Virus record (IMG/VR): IMGVR_UViG_3300042563_002923
Location: 2,610-66,609 of that record
Source of the DNA: a virus
Length of the DNA stretch: 64,000 bases
Strand: one strand, 5' to 3'
Shown: positions 55,986-64,000 of the stretch, in pieces
Position numbering within the stretch: position 1 is the stretch's first letter
Layout of the letters: each line of letters begins with the position of its first letter
Translations under genes and position numbers: made by a program
Notes under the pieces: generated by a model
Told to the model about the DNA's origin: nothing
The model's input: only the letters and a program-made list of their open reading frames with translations
Database searches by the model: none

Positions 55986-57469
55986 TGTCTGACATAAGAA
56001 TAAGAAAAAAGAACGAAGTATATTTAAATGTTGATGCTGAACCTTCAATTGCTCAAGAATTGAACGATCACTTCTCATTTGAAGTGCCTGGCGCAAAATT
56101 TCACCCTCTTTATAGATCAAAGATGTGGGATGGTCGTGTCCGACTTTTTTCGATGTTTACCAAAGAACTTTATGTTGGTCTAAAAGAATACGTTGAACAT
56201 TTTGCTAAAGAACGTGATTATACTGTAGATTATTCTGAGTATGTCCATACAGCTGACCCCTGCACCCTTGAAGAAATAAAAGAGTTTGTAAAAGAACTTA
56301 ACATTGGTTCAAAGGGCGAACCTCTCGAAATGAGAGATTATCAGATTGATGCTGTTTATAAAGCAATTAGTGATGGCAGACGTTTATTATTATCACCTAC
56401 TGGTTCGGGTAAATCTTATATCATTTATTGCGTAATGCGCTGGCATGAGAAACATGGTAGACGTCAATTAATTTTGGTTCCTACTACGTCTCTTGTTGAG
56501 CAAATGTATTCCGATTTTCAAGATTACTCTTGTCTAAATGGTTGGAAAACATCTAACCATTGTCATCGTATTTACGGTGGTCATGAGAAGTCTAATGAAT
56601 ATGATGTTGTTATTAGTACTTGGCAATCGTTATATAAATTACCTAAAAAATTCTTTGATGATTTTCAGGTAATTTATGGTGATGAGGCGCATTTGTTTAA
56701 AGCAAAATCTCTAACAGGAATTTTAAATAAATGTCCGGGTGCTCCTTATCGTATAGGAACTACTGGAACATTAGATGGAACTCAGACGCATAAGTTAGTT
56801 CTTGAGGGATTATTTGGGCCCGTTTATAAAGTTACTACAACTAAGAAACTTATTGCGAGTAAAACTTTAGCCGATTTACAAATTTATAATCTAATATTGG
56901 ATTATTCGGATGAGATTAAAAAGGCACTTAAAGGAAAAACATATCAAGAAGAAATGGATTTTCTGGTACAGCATGAACCGAGAAATAAGTTTATTCGTAA
57001 TTTAACTCTTAAGCAAGAAGGTAATAGTCTTGTATTGTTTCAGTATGTTGAAAAACACGGTAAAAATCTATATCAAATGATTAAAGATAAAGCCGAAAAT
57101 CGAAAGGTGTTTTTTGTGTACGGAGGTACCGATACTGAACAGAGAGAACAAATTCGAGCATTGACAGAAACCGAAAAGGATGCTATAATAGTAGCATCAT
57201 ATGGGACTTTCTCTACAGGAATAAATATTAAAAACCTACATAATATTATTTTTGCATCCCCTTCTAAATCTCGTATTAGAAACTTGCAATCTATTGGTAG
57301 AGGGTTAAGAACAAGTGAAACTAAAAGTAGTTGCAACTTATATGATATAGGCGATGATTTGACCTGGAAGTCTAAAAAGAATTATACTTTATTACACATG
57401 ATAGAAAGAATCAAAATCTATAACGATGAACATTTTGAATATAAACTAATAAAAGTAAAACTACAATGA
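55985..57469 (+). CDS. uvsW: RNA-DNA / DNA helicase UvsW
   Basis: WDG..RLF, SPTGSGKS, GDEAH, GTTGT, ASYGTFSTGINI, QSIGRGLR; start 55985 by TAATG overlap. Confidence 0.96.
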   Translation: MSDIRIRKKNEVYLNVDAEPSIAQELNDHFSFEVPGAKFHPLYRSKMWDGRVRLFSMFTKELYVGLKEYVEHFAKERDYTVDYSEYVHTADPCTLEEIKEFVKELNIGSKGEPLEMRDYQIDAVYKAISDGRRLLLSPTGSGKSYIIYCVMRWHEKHGRRQLILVPTTSLVEQMYSDFQDYSCLNGWKTSNHCHRIYGGHEKSNEYDVVISTWQSLYKLPKKFFDDFQVIYGDEAHLFKAKSLTGILNKCPGAPYRIGTTGTLDGTQTHKLVLEGLFGPVYKVTTTKKLIASKTLADLQIYNLILDYSDEIKKALKGKTYQEEMDFLVQHEPRNKFIRNLTLKQEGNSLVLFQYVEKHGKNLYQMIKDKAENRKVFFVYGGTDTEQREQIRALTETEKDAIIVASYGTFSTGINIKNLHNIIFASPSKSRIRNLQSIGRGLRTSETKSSCNLYDIGDDLTWKSKKNYTLLHMIERIKIYNDEHFEYKLIKVKLQ

Positions 57470-57894
57470 ACCAAGCATATAAACTATTAAAACTTAATAA
57501 TGGTGAGGATATAGTTTGTAAAACTGAAGAAAACTTATCTCTGAAAGATAAACAAAGCATCTTTATACAAGATCCAATGGTATTGAATCAAGTAAGAACC
57601 CCATTTGGTATAGGTGTTATGGAATCATACACATTATCCCCTTGGGTAGCTTTAGCTCAAGATGAATTTTATGAAATACCTGTGCAGTATATTATATTAG
57701 CTGCTAATGTTAAAGAGACATTGAAAGATAATTATATAAAATATGTTCAAGATCGTAAAGAGGCAGAATTACATGAAAGTATGACAGCTGACGACCTTGA
57801 AGTTGAAGAATCCGAAAACCAAATTGAAAAAGAAGATAACCATGAAAACCTCAGAAACACCATTAGCAGAAGACGTGGAAAACTTGTCCACTAA
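57466..57894 (+). CDS. conserved hypothetical protein (Sm-like fold) between uvsW and gp55
   Basis: LKL.NGEDIVC...PW pattern; conserved position. Confidence 0.65.
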   Translation: MNQAYKLLKLNNGEDIVCKTEENLSLKDKQSIFIQDPMVLNQVRTPFGIGVMESYTLSPWVALAQDEFYEIPVQYIILAANVKETLKDNYIKYVQDRKEAELHESMTADDLEVEESENQIEKEDNHENLRNTISRRRGKLVH

Positions 57895-58441
57895 TAAGAT
57901 ACAAAAGTCTTCACATTATGTAGACAACAAAAAATTCTTACAAGCTCTTATAGAATATCGTCAAAGTGTAGATGAAGCATCTGCAAAAGGTGAAGAACCT
58001 CCTATTGTATCTAAATACATCGGAGAATGTTTTATTAAGATTGCAACGCATCTTTCGTATAAATCTAATTTTATTAATTATACCTTTAAAGATGATATGA
58101 TATCTGATGGTATTGAAAATTGTTTGACTGCTGTTGCTAAATTTGATCCTGCAAAATCTTCAAACCCATTTGCATATTACACACAAGTAATTTATTTTGC
58201 CTTTATTAGACGTATCCAAAAAGAAAAGAAACAACAAGCAACCAAATATAAGTTGATGGAGAATATGGATATTGATGCGCTAATCTCACAAGAACAAGAT
58301 GGTGAATTTGGTACACAATTTTTAGATTATTTGAGACGACAAATGGATACCGTTGATATTGAAAAACGGGTAATGAATATTCCGAAAAAGGCTAAAAAAG
58401 TTCGAGATGATATCGAAAATCCGCTTGACCTTGATGACTAA
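57842..58441 (+). CDS. 55: late sigma factor gp55
   Basis: HYVDNKKF, YIGECF.KIA.HLS...NF.NYTF.DDMISDGIENC, NPFAYYTQ...AF.RRI.KEKKQ; start uncertain. Confidence 0.95.
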   Translation: MKTSETPLAEDVENLSTNKIQKSSHYVDNKKFLQALIEYRQSVDEASAKGEEPPIVSKYIGECFIKIATHLSYKSNFINYTFKDDMISDGIENCLTAVAKFDPAKSSNPFAYYTQVIYFAFIRRIQKEKKQQATKYKLMENMDIDALISQEQDGEFGTQFLDYLRRQMDTVDIEKRVMNIPKKAKKVRDDIENPLDLDD

Positions 58442-58453
58442 ACACTATATAAT
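58425..58453 (+). promoter_or_regulatory. sigma70-type promoter for queE
   Basis: TTGACC-17 nt-TATAAT. Confidence 0.7.
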
Positions 58454-58476
58454 ATGTAGTATAAATTCTCGGAGAT

Positions 58477-59349
58477 ATGATGGCAAAATTGAAAATATCA
58501 GAACTATTTTATAGTATTCAGGGCGAAGGTAGATACATGGGAGTTCCTTCCGTGTTCTTAAGAACATTTGGTTGCAACTTTACTTGCGACGGATTTGGAA
58601 TGGCAAAGGGTGAAAAGAGTAATGAAAGAAATGTTATTGCAATTAAAGCTGATAGCTTTACTACCTATAAAGATCTTCCTCTTGTTCATACAGGTTGCGA
58701 CTCTTATGCTTCTTGGGATCCTCGGTTTAAGCATCTTAGCCCTGTACTCTCTACTGATAGCATTACCGATACAATTATGGATATATTACCGCACAAGAGG
58801 TGGGAAGACGAACATCTTGTAATTACAGGCGGTGAACCTTTATTGGGTTGGCAAAAACAATATCCTGAATTATTAGATAATGAAAAGATGTCAGGGCTAA
58901 AAGAAATAACATTTGAGACAAATGGTACTCAAGCATTAACATCTGAATTTAAACAATATCTTTTAAATTGGACATTGAGTAATAAAAATAGATCAACTAA
59001 AAGAGGTGAAGATGCTTTAACATTTTCAGTCTCTCCTAAATTGTCTGTATCCGGTGAAAAGTGGGAAGACGCTATTTGCCCTGAAATTGTTGCAAGTTAT
59101 GAATGGTGCGGATATACTTATCTTAAATTTGTAATTAGTAATCAACAAGATGCTGAAGAAGCAGAGGAAGCAGTAAATGCATATCGTAAAGCTGGTTTTG
59201 CGGGTCCTGTGTATCTTATGCCTCTTGGTGGTACTGAGCAGTTGTACTCTATTAATAATAGGAATGTTGCAGAACTCGCAATGCGAAAAGGTTGGAGATA
59301 CTCAGATAGACTCCAAATCCCATTGTTTAAAAACGCATGGGGAACATAA
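58477..59349 (+). CDS. queE: 7-carboxy-7-deazaguanine synthase (radical SAM)
   Basis: ELFYSIQGEG...G.PSVFLRTFGCNFTC...GCDS, ITGGEPLL, FETNGT, SVSPKL, LKFV, RLQ. Confidence 0.9.
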   Translation: MMAKLKISELFYSIQGEGRYMGVPSVFLRTFGCNFTCDGFGMAKGEKSNERNVIAIKADSFTTYKDLPLVHTGCDSYASWDPRFKHLSPVLSTDSITDTIMDILPHKRWEDEHLVITGGEPLLGWQKQYPELLDNEKMSGLKEITFETNGTQALTSEFKQYLLNWTLSNKNRSTKRGEDALTFSVSPKLSVSGEKWEDAICPEIVASYEWCGYTYLKFVISNQQDAEEAEEAVNAYRKAGFAGPVYLMPLGGTEQLYSINNRNVAELAMRKGWRYSDRLQIPLFKNAWGT

Positions 59350-59546
59350 TGGTAAATAGTATAGTAGATCAAATTACGCAATATGGATTCAATGCTACCG
59401 ATAAGTATATGGATGGCTTTTATCAATTTGGAAATAAGCAAAAACTGTATGAAATAATGTGGGAAGCGCAACGACAATTAAATCGGTGTGACACATTTGC
59501 AGGCGAAGAAGAATGGGTTACTGAAAATCTCCCAAAATATAAATAA
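59349..59546 (+). CDS. hypothetical protein
   Basis: 65 aa ORF, TAATG overlap with queE; MDGFYQF..KQKLY motif. Confidence 0.6.
   Translation: MVNSIVDQITQYGFNATDKYMDGFYQFGNKQKLYEIMWEAQRQLNRCDTFAGEEEWVTENLPKYK
59538..59545 (+). promoter_or_regulatory. T4-type late promoter upstream of folE
   Basis: TATAAATA about 60 nt before folE ATG. Confidence 0.55.
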
Positions 59547-59606
59547 TAATGTTACACAAAGGTAACAACTTTCAATTATCATATCCGTGTTAGGAAGGAT
59601 TCAAAA

Positions 59607-60293
59607 ATGTCATATAACAAAACAAAATGCGACCCCGAGTTGGGTTTAAGAGTTCACGATTACTTAGTTAAATGTGGAGTAGAAACGCCTATTAAAGAAA
59701 CAGGCCAAGTCATTGATCGTAAAGGTAAGATTGACGTAATCGAATCTTTATTTACAGATATTATGAAAACACTTGGACTTGATCTTACAGATGATAGTCT
59801 TATTGACACACCTAAGCGTGTTGCTAAGATGTATGTAAATGAAATCTTTTGGGGACTCGACTATGAGGCATTCCCTAAATGTACAACCGTTGACAATAAG
59901 ATGCACTATAACGAAATGGTTGTAGAACGCAATGTTAATGTACAATCTAATTGTGAGCATCACTTCGTTGTAATTGATGGACTAGCAACTGTTGCTTATG
60001 TTCCTAAACAACGAGTACTTGGTCTGAGTAAAATTAATCGTATTGTTGAATATTTCAGCAAACGCCCACAGATTCAAGAACGTTTAACCGAACAAATTTT
60101 CCATACGCTACAATTTATTCTTGATACTGAAGACGTTGCTGTATTGATTGATGCACAACACTATTGTGTTAAATCTAGGGGCGTTGAGGATACAGGAAGT
60201 TCAACTGTTACAAGTAAGCTGGGTGGTGGATTCAAAACTGATCCAGCGGCAAGAGCAGAATTTTACCAGATTGCAAGACAAGGATGTAAATGA
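59607..60293 (+). CDS. folE: GTP cyclohydrolase I
   Basis: DTPKRVAKMY, SNCEHHF, GLSKINRIV, RPQIQERLT, HYCVKSRGV. Confidence 0.97.
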   Translation: MSYNKTKCDPELGLRVHDYLVKCGVETPIKETGQVIDRKGKIDVIESLFTDIMKTLGLDLTDDSLIDTPKRVAKMYVNEIFWGLDYEAFPKCTTVDNKMHYNEMVVERNVNVQSNCEHHFVVIDGLATVAYVPKQRVLGLSKINRIVEYFSKRPQIQERLTEQIFHTLQFILDTEDVAVLIDAQHYCVKSRGVEDTGSSTVTSKLGGGFKTDPAARAEFYQIARQGCK

Positions 60294-60799
60294 CAGTTAA
60301 TGTAATGGTTGACTTAGAGACAATGTCAACAAGATCACACGCGGCAATTTGTTCTATTGGTGCCGTAAAATTTGAAGGTAGTAAAATTGTAGATAAGTTT
60401 TATTGCACTATTGATCTTGCTAGCTGCAAAGAAGCCGGTATGCATATCTCTAAGGAGACTGTTGAATGGTGGTCTAAACAAAATAAAGAAGCATTACGCG
60501 AATTAACTAAAAATAATATTTCATTACAAGAAGCATTGGATAAGTTTGAATTCTGGTTCGGCCCTAAGAGTTTACCAATTTGGGGAAATGGTGCAGTATT
60601 TGATAACACGATTCTCGGCAATGCTTATTTTATTACCGGTAGAGAACCACCTTGGAAATGTTGGGATGATCGTTGTTATAGAACAGCTAAGGCAATGTTT
60701 AATTGGATCCCTGCGGATGCCCGTGAAGGAACATACCACAATGCGTTGGATGATGCTATTCATCAAACAAAACACCTAATTAAAATTCTTGGGGATTAA
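60290..60799 (+). CDS. DEDDh 3'-5' exonuclease (DexA/Rv2179c-like)
   Basis: VMVDLETM, SIGAV, T.EWW..Q, WGNG..FD..IL, HNALDDA..Q. Confidence 0.85.
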   Translation: MTVNVMVDLETMSTRSHAAICSIGAVKFEGSKIVDKFYCTIDLASCKEAGMHISKETVEWWSKQNKEALRELTKNNISLQEALDKFEFWFGPKSLPIWGNGAVFDNTILGNAYFITGREPPWKCWDDRCYRTAKAMFNWIPADAREGTYHNALDDAIHQTKHLIKILGD

Positions 60800-60982
60800 A
60801 TGATGAATGTTCAGCAACGAATGGAAGAATTGATTAAGCCAATCGATCAACAAATTTATATGTGTGATGATAGGCGAGATTTATTAATGTTTAATTGTGC
60901 GATGCTACAACGAGTTAGAGAAGTATTTGATATGCTTGTGGGTGAAGAAGGTCGCAAGAATATGTTTAAAGATTTGGTATGA
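60800..60982 (+). CDS. hypothetical protein
   Basis: 60 aa ORF, tightly packed with neighbours. Confidence 0.6.
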   Translation: MMNVQQRMEELIKPIDQQIYMCDDRRDLLMFNCAMLQRVREVFDMLVGEEGRKNMFKDLV

Positions 60983-62340
60983 GAATTTATAAAAAGAGAA
61001 TTGCTTTTTGTATCAGTGATCAACATTTAGTACCACACGGCGGAATCGGCCAATTTGCAAAAGGATTTGTCGAGATGGCAAATACTATTGATTGGAAAGT
61101 TGATATTATAACCGACAAACCGACGACAAACGATTTTGCTAAATTAGTCGAATCTTTAGGGGCAAATTTAATTGCACCTAAAAATGCCATGTCGTATAAG
61201 AATCACACCGGTACATTTGCATTTACCGACTCAATTAATTTTGAAAAGATGATTAACTTCAGAGATGCGGTTATGAATGCTTTTCATACTAATATCTATG
61301 ATATGGTTGTTTGCAATTCGCTCGAGGCTATGCCTGCAGTATTAAGTTTTGATCTTAACAATTATATTCCTGTCGTGTTGTATACGCATGAAGAAAGTAT
61401 GGTATTCCGAGACACACGAAAATTTAAGGGTGTATTCTTAGAAAGCTGTAATGAGTTCTTCAACAACTTAATGAATCTTGAGAACTGTTATATCGGTACA
61501 CAATCTCCGCGCAATGTTGCTGAAATTAAAAACAATGGCGGAGTTAATGTTGAACATTTGAGTATGCCCATGTCTGAAAGAGAATTACTCACAAGTGATT
61601 ACGCAGAACGAAAAGGTGTCTTGTATATTGGTCGTTGGGAAGATCGTAAAAATCCAGAAGCATTTTTAAAAGTGATTAAAGAAACAGGATTGCCTGCAAA
61701 GATTATGACTAATGCTAACGGCAAAAAGAAATTTGAAGCTAGACTTGCAGAACTCGACATCACTGATTATGAGATTAAAGCTAGCATTGTTGGCAAAGAA
61801 AAAGTTGACTTTATTAAATCTGCAAAGGTTCACTTTAATCCATCATTAAGAGAAAATTACCCGTTCACATTTTTTGAATGTTTAGGTCATATGCCTTGTA
61901 TTGTTATTGACAAATCTGAATGGGTAACTAATTTTGATAGTAAATATTATATTCGTTTACCGTTAAATGAAGTAGGTGCGACATTAAAAACAGAATACAA
62001 TGTCGATCGAAAAGATCGTAACCACGATGCCTTGCAATATATTAAACATTTGGATTTTCAAACATCTGATAGATGGAAACAATTTTTGAATGGTTATAAA
62101 CAAACATCTTTAGCAAGATCGGATTCGGCAAAAATCAATGATTATTCCGAAATTAAGTATGCAGAATTTATTCGTATCCTAAATAGAACACAATTAGCTA
62201 TAGATGATGTCAAAAGTGTCTTGACAAATAAGTCTAAATATAATATAATCTATACAGACAACGACACATACTTAACTAAAGATCCAAATTTTATACCAAA
62301 AGAAGAATCAACTTCTTCATTAGAAAGCTTGTTTGAATGA
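60979..62340 (+). CDS. GT-B fold (GT4-like) glycosyltransferase
   Basis: N-terminal PHGGIGQF, VLYIGRWEDRKNPE, FNPSLRENYPFTFFE (ExxxxxxxE signature). Confidence 0.8.
   Translation: MRIYKKRIAFCISDQHLVPHGGIGQFAKGFVEMANTIDWKVDIITDKPTTNDFAKLVESLGANLIAPKNAMSYKNHTGTFAFTDSINFEKMINFRDAVMNAFHTNIYDMVVCNSLEAMPAVLSFDLNNYIPVVLYTHEESMVFRDTRKFKGVFLESCNEFFNNLMNLENCYIGTQSPRNVAEIKNNGGVNVEHLSMPMSERELLTSDYAERKGVLYIGRWEDRKNPEAFLKVIKETGLPAKIMTNANGKKKFEARLAELDITDYEIKASIVGKEKVDFIKSAKVHFNPSLRENYPFTFFECLGHMPCIVIDKSEWVTNFDSKYYIRLPLNEVGATLKTEYNVDRKDRNHDALQYIKHLDFQTSDRWKQFLNGYKQTSLARSDSAKINDYSEIKYAEFIRILNRTQLAIDDVKSVLTNKSKYNIIYTDNDTYLTKDPNFIPKEESTSSLESLFE
62221..62249 (+). promoter_or_regulatory. sigma70-type promoter inside glycosyltransferase gene, upstream of dpdA
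   Basis: TTGACA-17 nt-TATAAT, perfect consensus. Confidence 0.7.
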
Positions 62341-63623
62341 GAACATATGAATATGTAATTTCTGGCCCGGCATATTTACGTCTGGGCGCAGAACAATGTA
62401 ATGACCCTGTAGTATTAGAAATGATGCTCGACATGATTGGCCGAGTATGCCACAACCAAAATAATCACAATTTTTCATTACTATATAATGGTTTTACGGA
62501 AAAGAACTTTGGACCCAAGTTACAAAAGTTTCGCCCTTCTATTAAAAATATTCATGCTGACTCTGGTGGATTGCAGATCATTACTCGGGGATTAAAAAAT
62601 ACTCCAGAAGTAAGAGAAAAAGTATATTTGAATCAAGGTACATATGCTGACATTGGTATGGCATTTGACGAGATTCCTGTTAAGACAACTTCTACAAGTG
62701 GCGTATCATCTAAGATTGATACTAAGCGTAGATATGCAGATATGGACAATTTTGACGAATATGCAAGACAGACGGGTCGAAATGTAAAATCACAAATTGA
62801 AACCTTTGATAGAATGGGCAGTAACTGTAGACCATTTGTTATTATGCAAGGATCATCTCAAGAATCATATTCGCGTTGGGCAGAATTAGTTCTAGAAGAA
62901 ATTACTCCGGCATTGCATCATCGTATTGGTGGCCTTGCTATGGGATCGGCCGCGTTGGGTATGGGACAATTAGAAGATGTTAAACGAGCATTCTATGTTA
63001 CACAGATGCCTTATACAAGACCATTTCATTTACACGTATTGGGTGTAGGTGCACTACGTCGTATTCTTCCCTATATTTGTTTTAGTCAATCTGGTCTATA
63101 TGAAGGCATTGATATTTCATATGACTCAACAACACATTCTATGTCATTGGATAATGGATTGTTTTACTTCTCATTCTCTAAAAAGGTTGCGGGTTCACCT
63201 TATGGTGGAACATCCGTGAAAATGGGTAGAGAATATTCTAACATTTATAGAACAGTCACTGAAGAAATTAATACAGTATGTGGAACAAATTATACACCTG
63301 AAGAATATCACATCTTAATGAATAGAGGCGTAGGCGTTCACTTAGAAGCAGGTGGTCAATTTGTAGACATTATGCGAGCACGTCTTGCGTTTATTCTAAC
63401 AAACGTACATAACTTTACTAAAGACGTAAACGCACTAACAGAATCAAAAGAATTGTTCTTAAAATTCTGCAGAGAAAAAGATTGCGAGAATGAATATGCT
63501 ACATTATTTGATGTTAAAACTCTTACAGATTTTGAGCATTGGGAAAAGAATGTAGGCAAGTATATGGAGTCTGAACCAGTTAACACACAACCGCCAGTTT
63601 CACTTGAGGATTTATTTGCATGA
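62337..63623 (+). CDS. dpdA: TGT-family DNA-guanine transglycosylase (DpdA-like)
   Basis: HADSGGLQ, FDEIP, IMQG, HLHVLGVG, SYDSTTH motifs of the TGT/DpdA fold; in cluster with queE and folE. Confidence 0.75.
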   Translation: MRTYEYVISGPAYLRLGAEQCNDPVVLEMMLDMIGRVCHNQNNHNFSLLYNGFTEKNFGPKLQKFRPSIKNIHADSGGLQIITRGLKNTPEVREKVYLNQGTYADIGMAFDEIPVKTTSTSGVSSKIDTKRRYADMDNFDEYARQTGRNVKSQIETFDRMGSNCRPFVIMQGSSQESYSRWAELVLEEITPALHHRIGGLAMGSAALGMGQLEDVKRAFYVTQMPYTRPFHLHVLGVGALRRILPYICFSQSGLYEGIDISYDSTTHSMSLDNGLFYFSFSKKVAGSPYGGTSVKMGREYSNIYRTVTEEINTVCGTNYTPEEYHILMNRGVGVHLEAGGQFVDIMRARLAFILTNVHNFTKDVNALTESKELFLKFCREKDCENEYATLFDVKTLTDFEHWEKNVGKYMESEPVNTQPPVSLEDLFA

Positions 63624-64000
63624 GCAACAATATGATGGACAATACAATGAACAATTCAATACATTCAAACGACCCTGTATTTTTTACAGACACAATTATA
63701 CATAGTAAACTAATTAAAAAGAAAAGTTCTATTTGGGTAACCTTTCGTAAAGAGGGTATTCATAAATATCCTCAAGCTGCAACTGATCCTAAATTGGCAA
63801 CAGGCGATTGGTTAGATGTTTCATTCTTAGGAACGCCTCATAGACATATTTTTCATTTCCGTGTAGAGATGGAAGTATTTCATGATGATCGAGATGTAGA
63901 ATTTATTCAGGCAAAACGTATTATGGAAAAATGGTACGCAGATGGAACACTACAATTAGATTATAAATCTTGCGAAATGATGGCATGTGATCTGTATGAT
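63620..64000 (+). CDS. QueD-like / 6-pyruvoyltetrahydropterin synthase-like protein (runs off window; not in ORF track)
   Basis: ATGA overlap with dpdA; IWVTFRKEGIHKYP...HRHIFHFRV...HDDRDVEFIQ...KSCEMMA. Confidence 0.65.
   Translation, partial: MSNNMMDNTMNNSIHSNDPVFFTDTIIHSKLIKKKSSIWVTFRKEGIHKYPQAATDPKLATGDWLDVSFLGTPHRHIFHFRVEMEVFHDDRDVEFIQAKRIMEKWYADGTLQLDYKSCEMMACDLYD

Noticed and set aside
1-64000. Stop-codon reassignment
   Set aside because: Core genes are full length in the standard code, and TAA, TGA and TAG all appear as apparent stops

Overview
A 64 kb, AT-rich, densely coding segment of a T4-like (Straboviridae/Kyanoviridae-type architecture) myophage genome, probably infecting a proteobacterium. 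Left (1-14.4 kb): RNase H, DsbA, DNA ligase, PhoH, GH19 endolysin, exonuclease, a circularly permuted two-piece tmRNA, a heme oxygenase plus PcyX-like bilin reductase cassette, gp33, gp59 and gp32. Middle (14.4-54.6 kb): baseplate, tail, neck, terminase, portal and capsid genes under TATAAATA late promoters. Right (54.6-64 kb): UvsY, UvsW, gp55 and a 7-deazaguanine DNA-modification cluster (queE, folE, glycosyltransferase, dpdA/TGT-like, queD-like). Most notable signals: (i) two candidate programmed -1 ribosomal frameshifts missed by the ORF track, one with a slippery site plus H-type pseudoknot at 2423-2490 and one fusing gp26 to gp51 like the lambda G/GT tail chaperone; (ii) a glycosyltransferase coupled to dpdA, both ending in a gp45 sliding-clamp-binding-like motif, suggesting replisome-tethered, possibly sugar-hypermodified deazaguanine DNA; (iii) the permuted phage tmRNA. 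All calls come from motif recognition by eye; no database searches were run.
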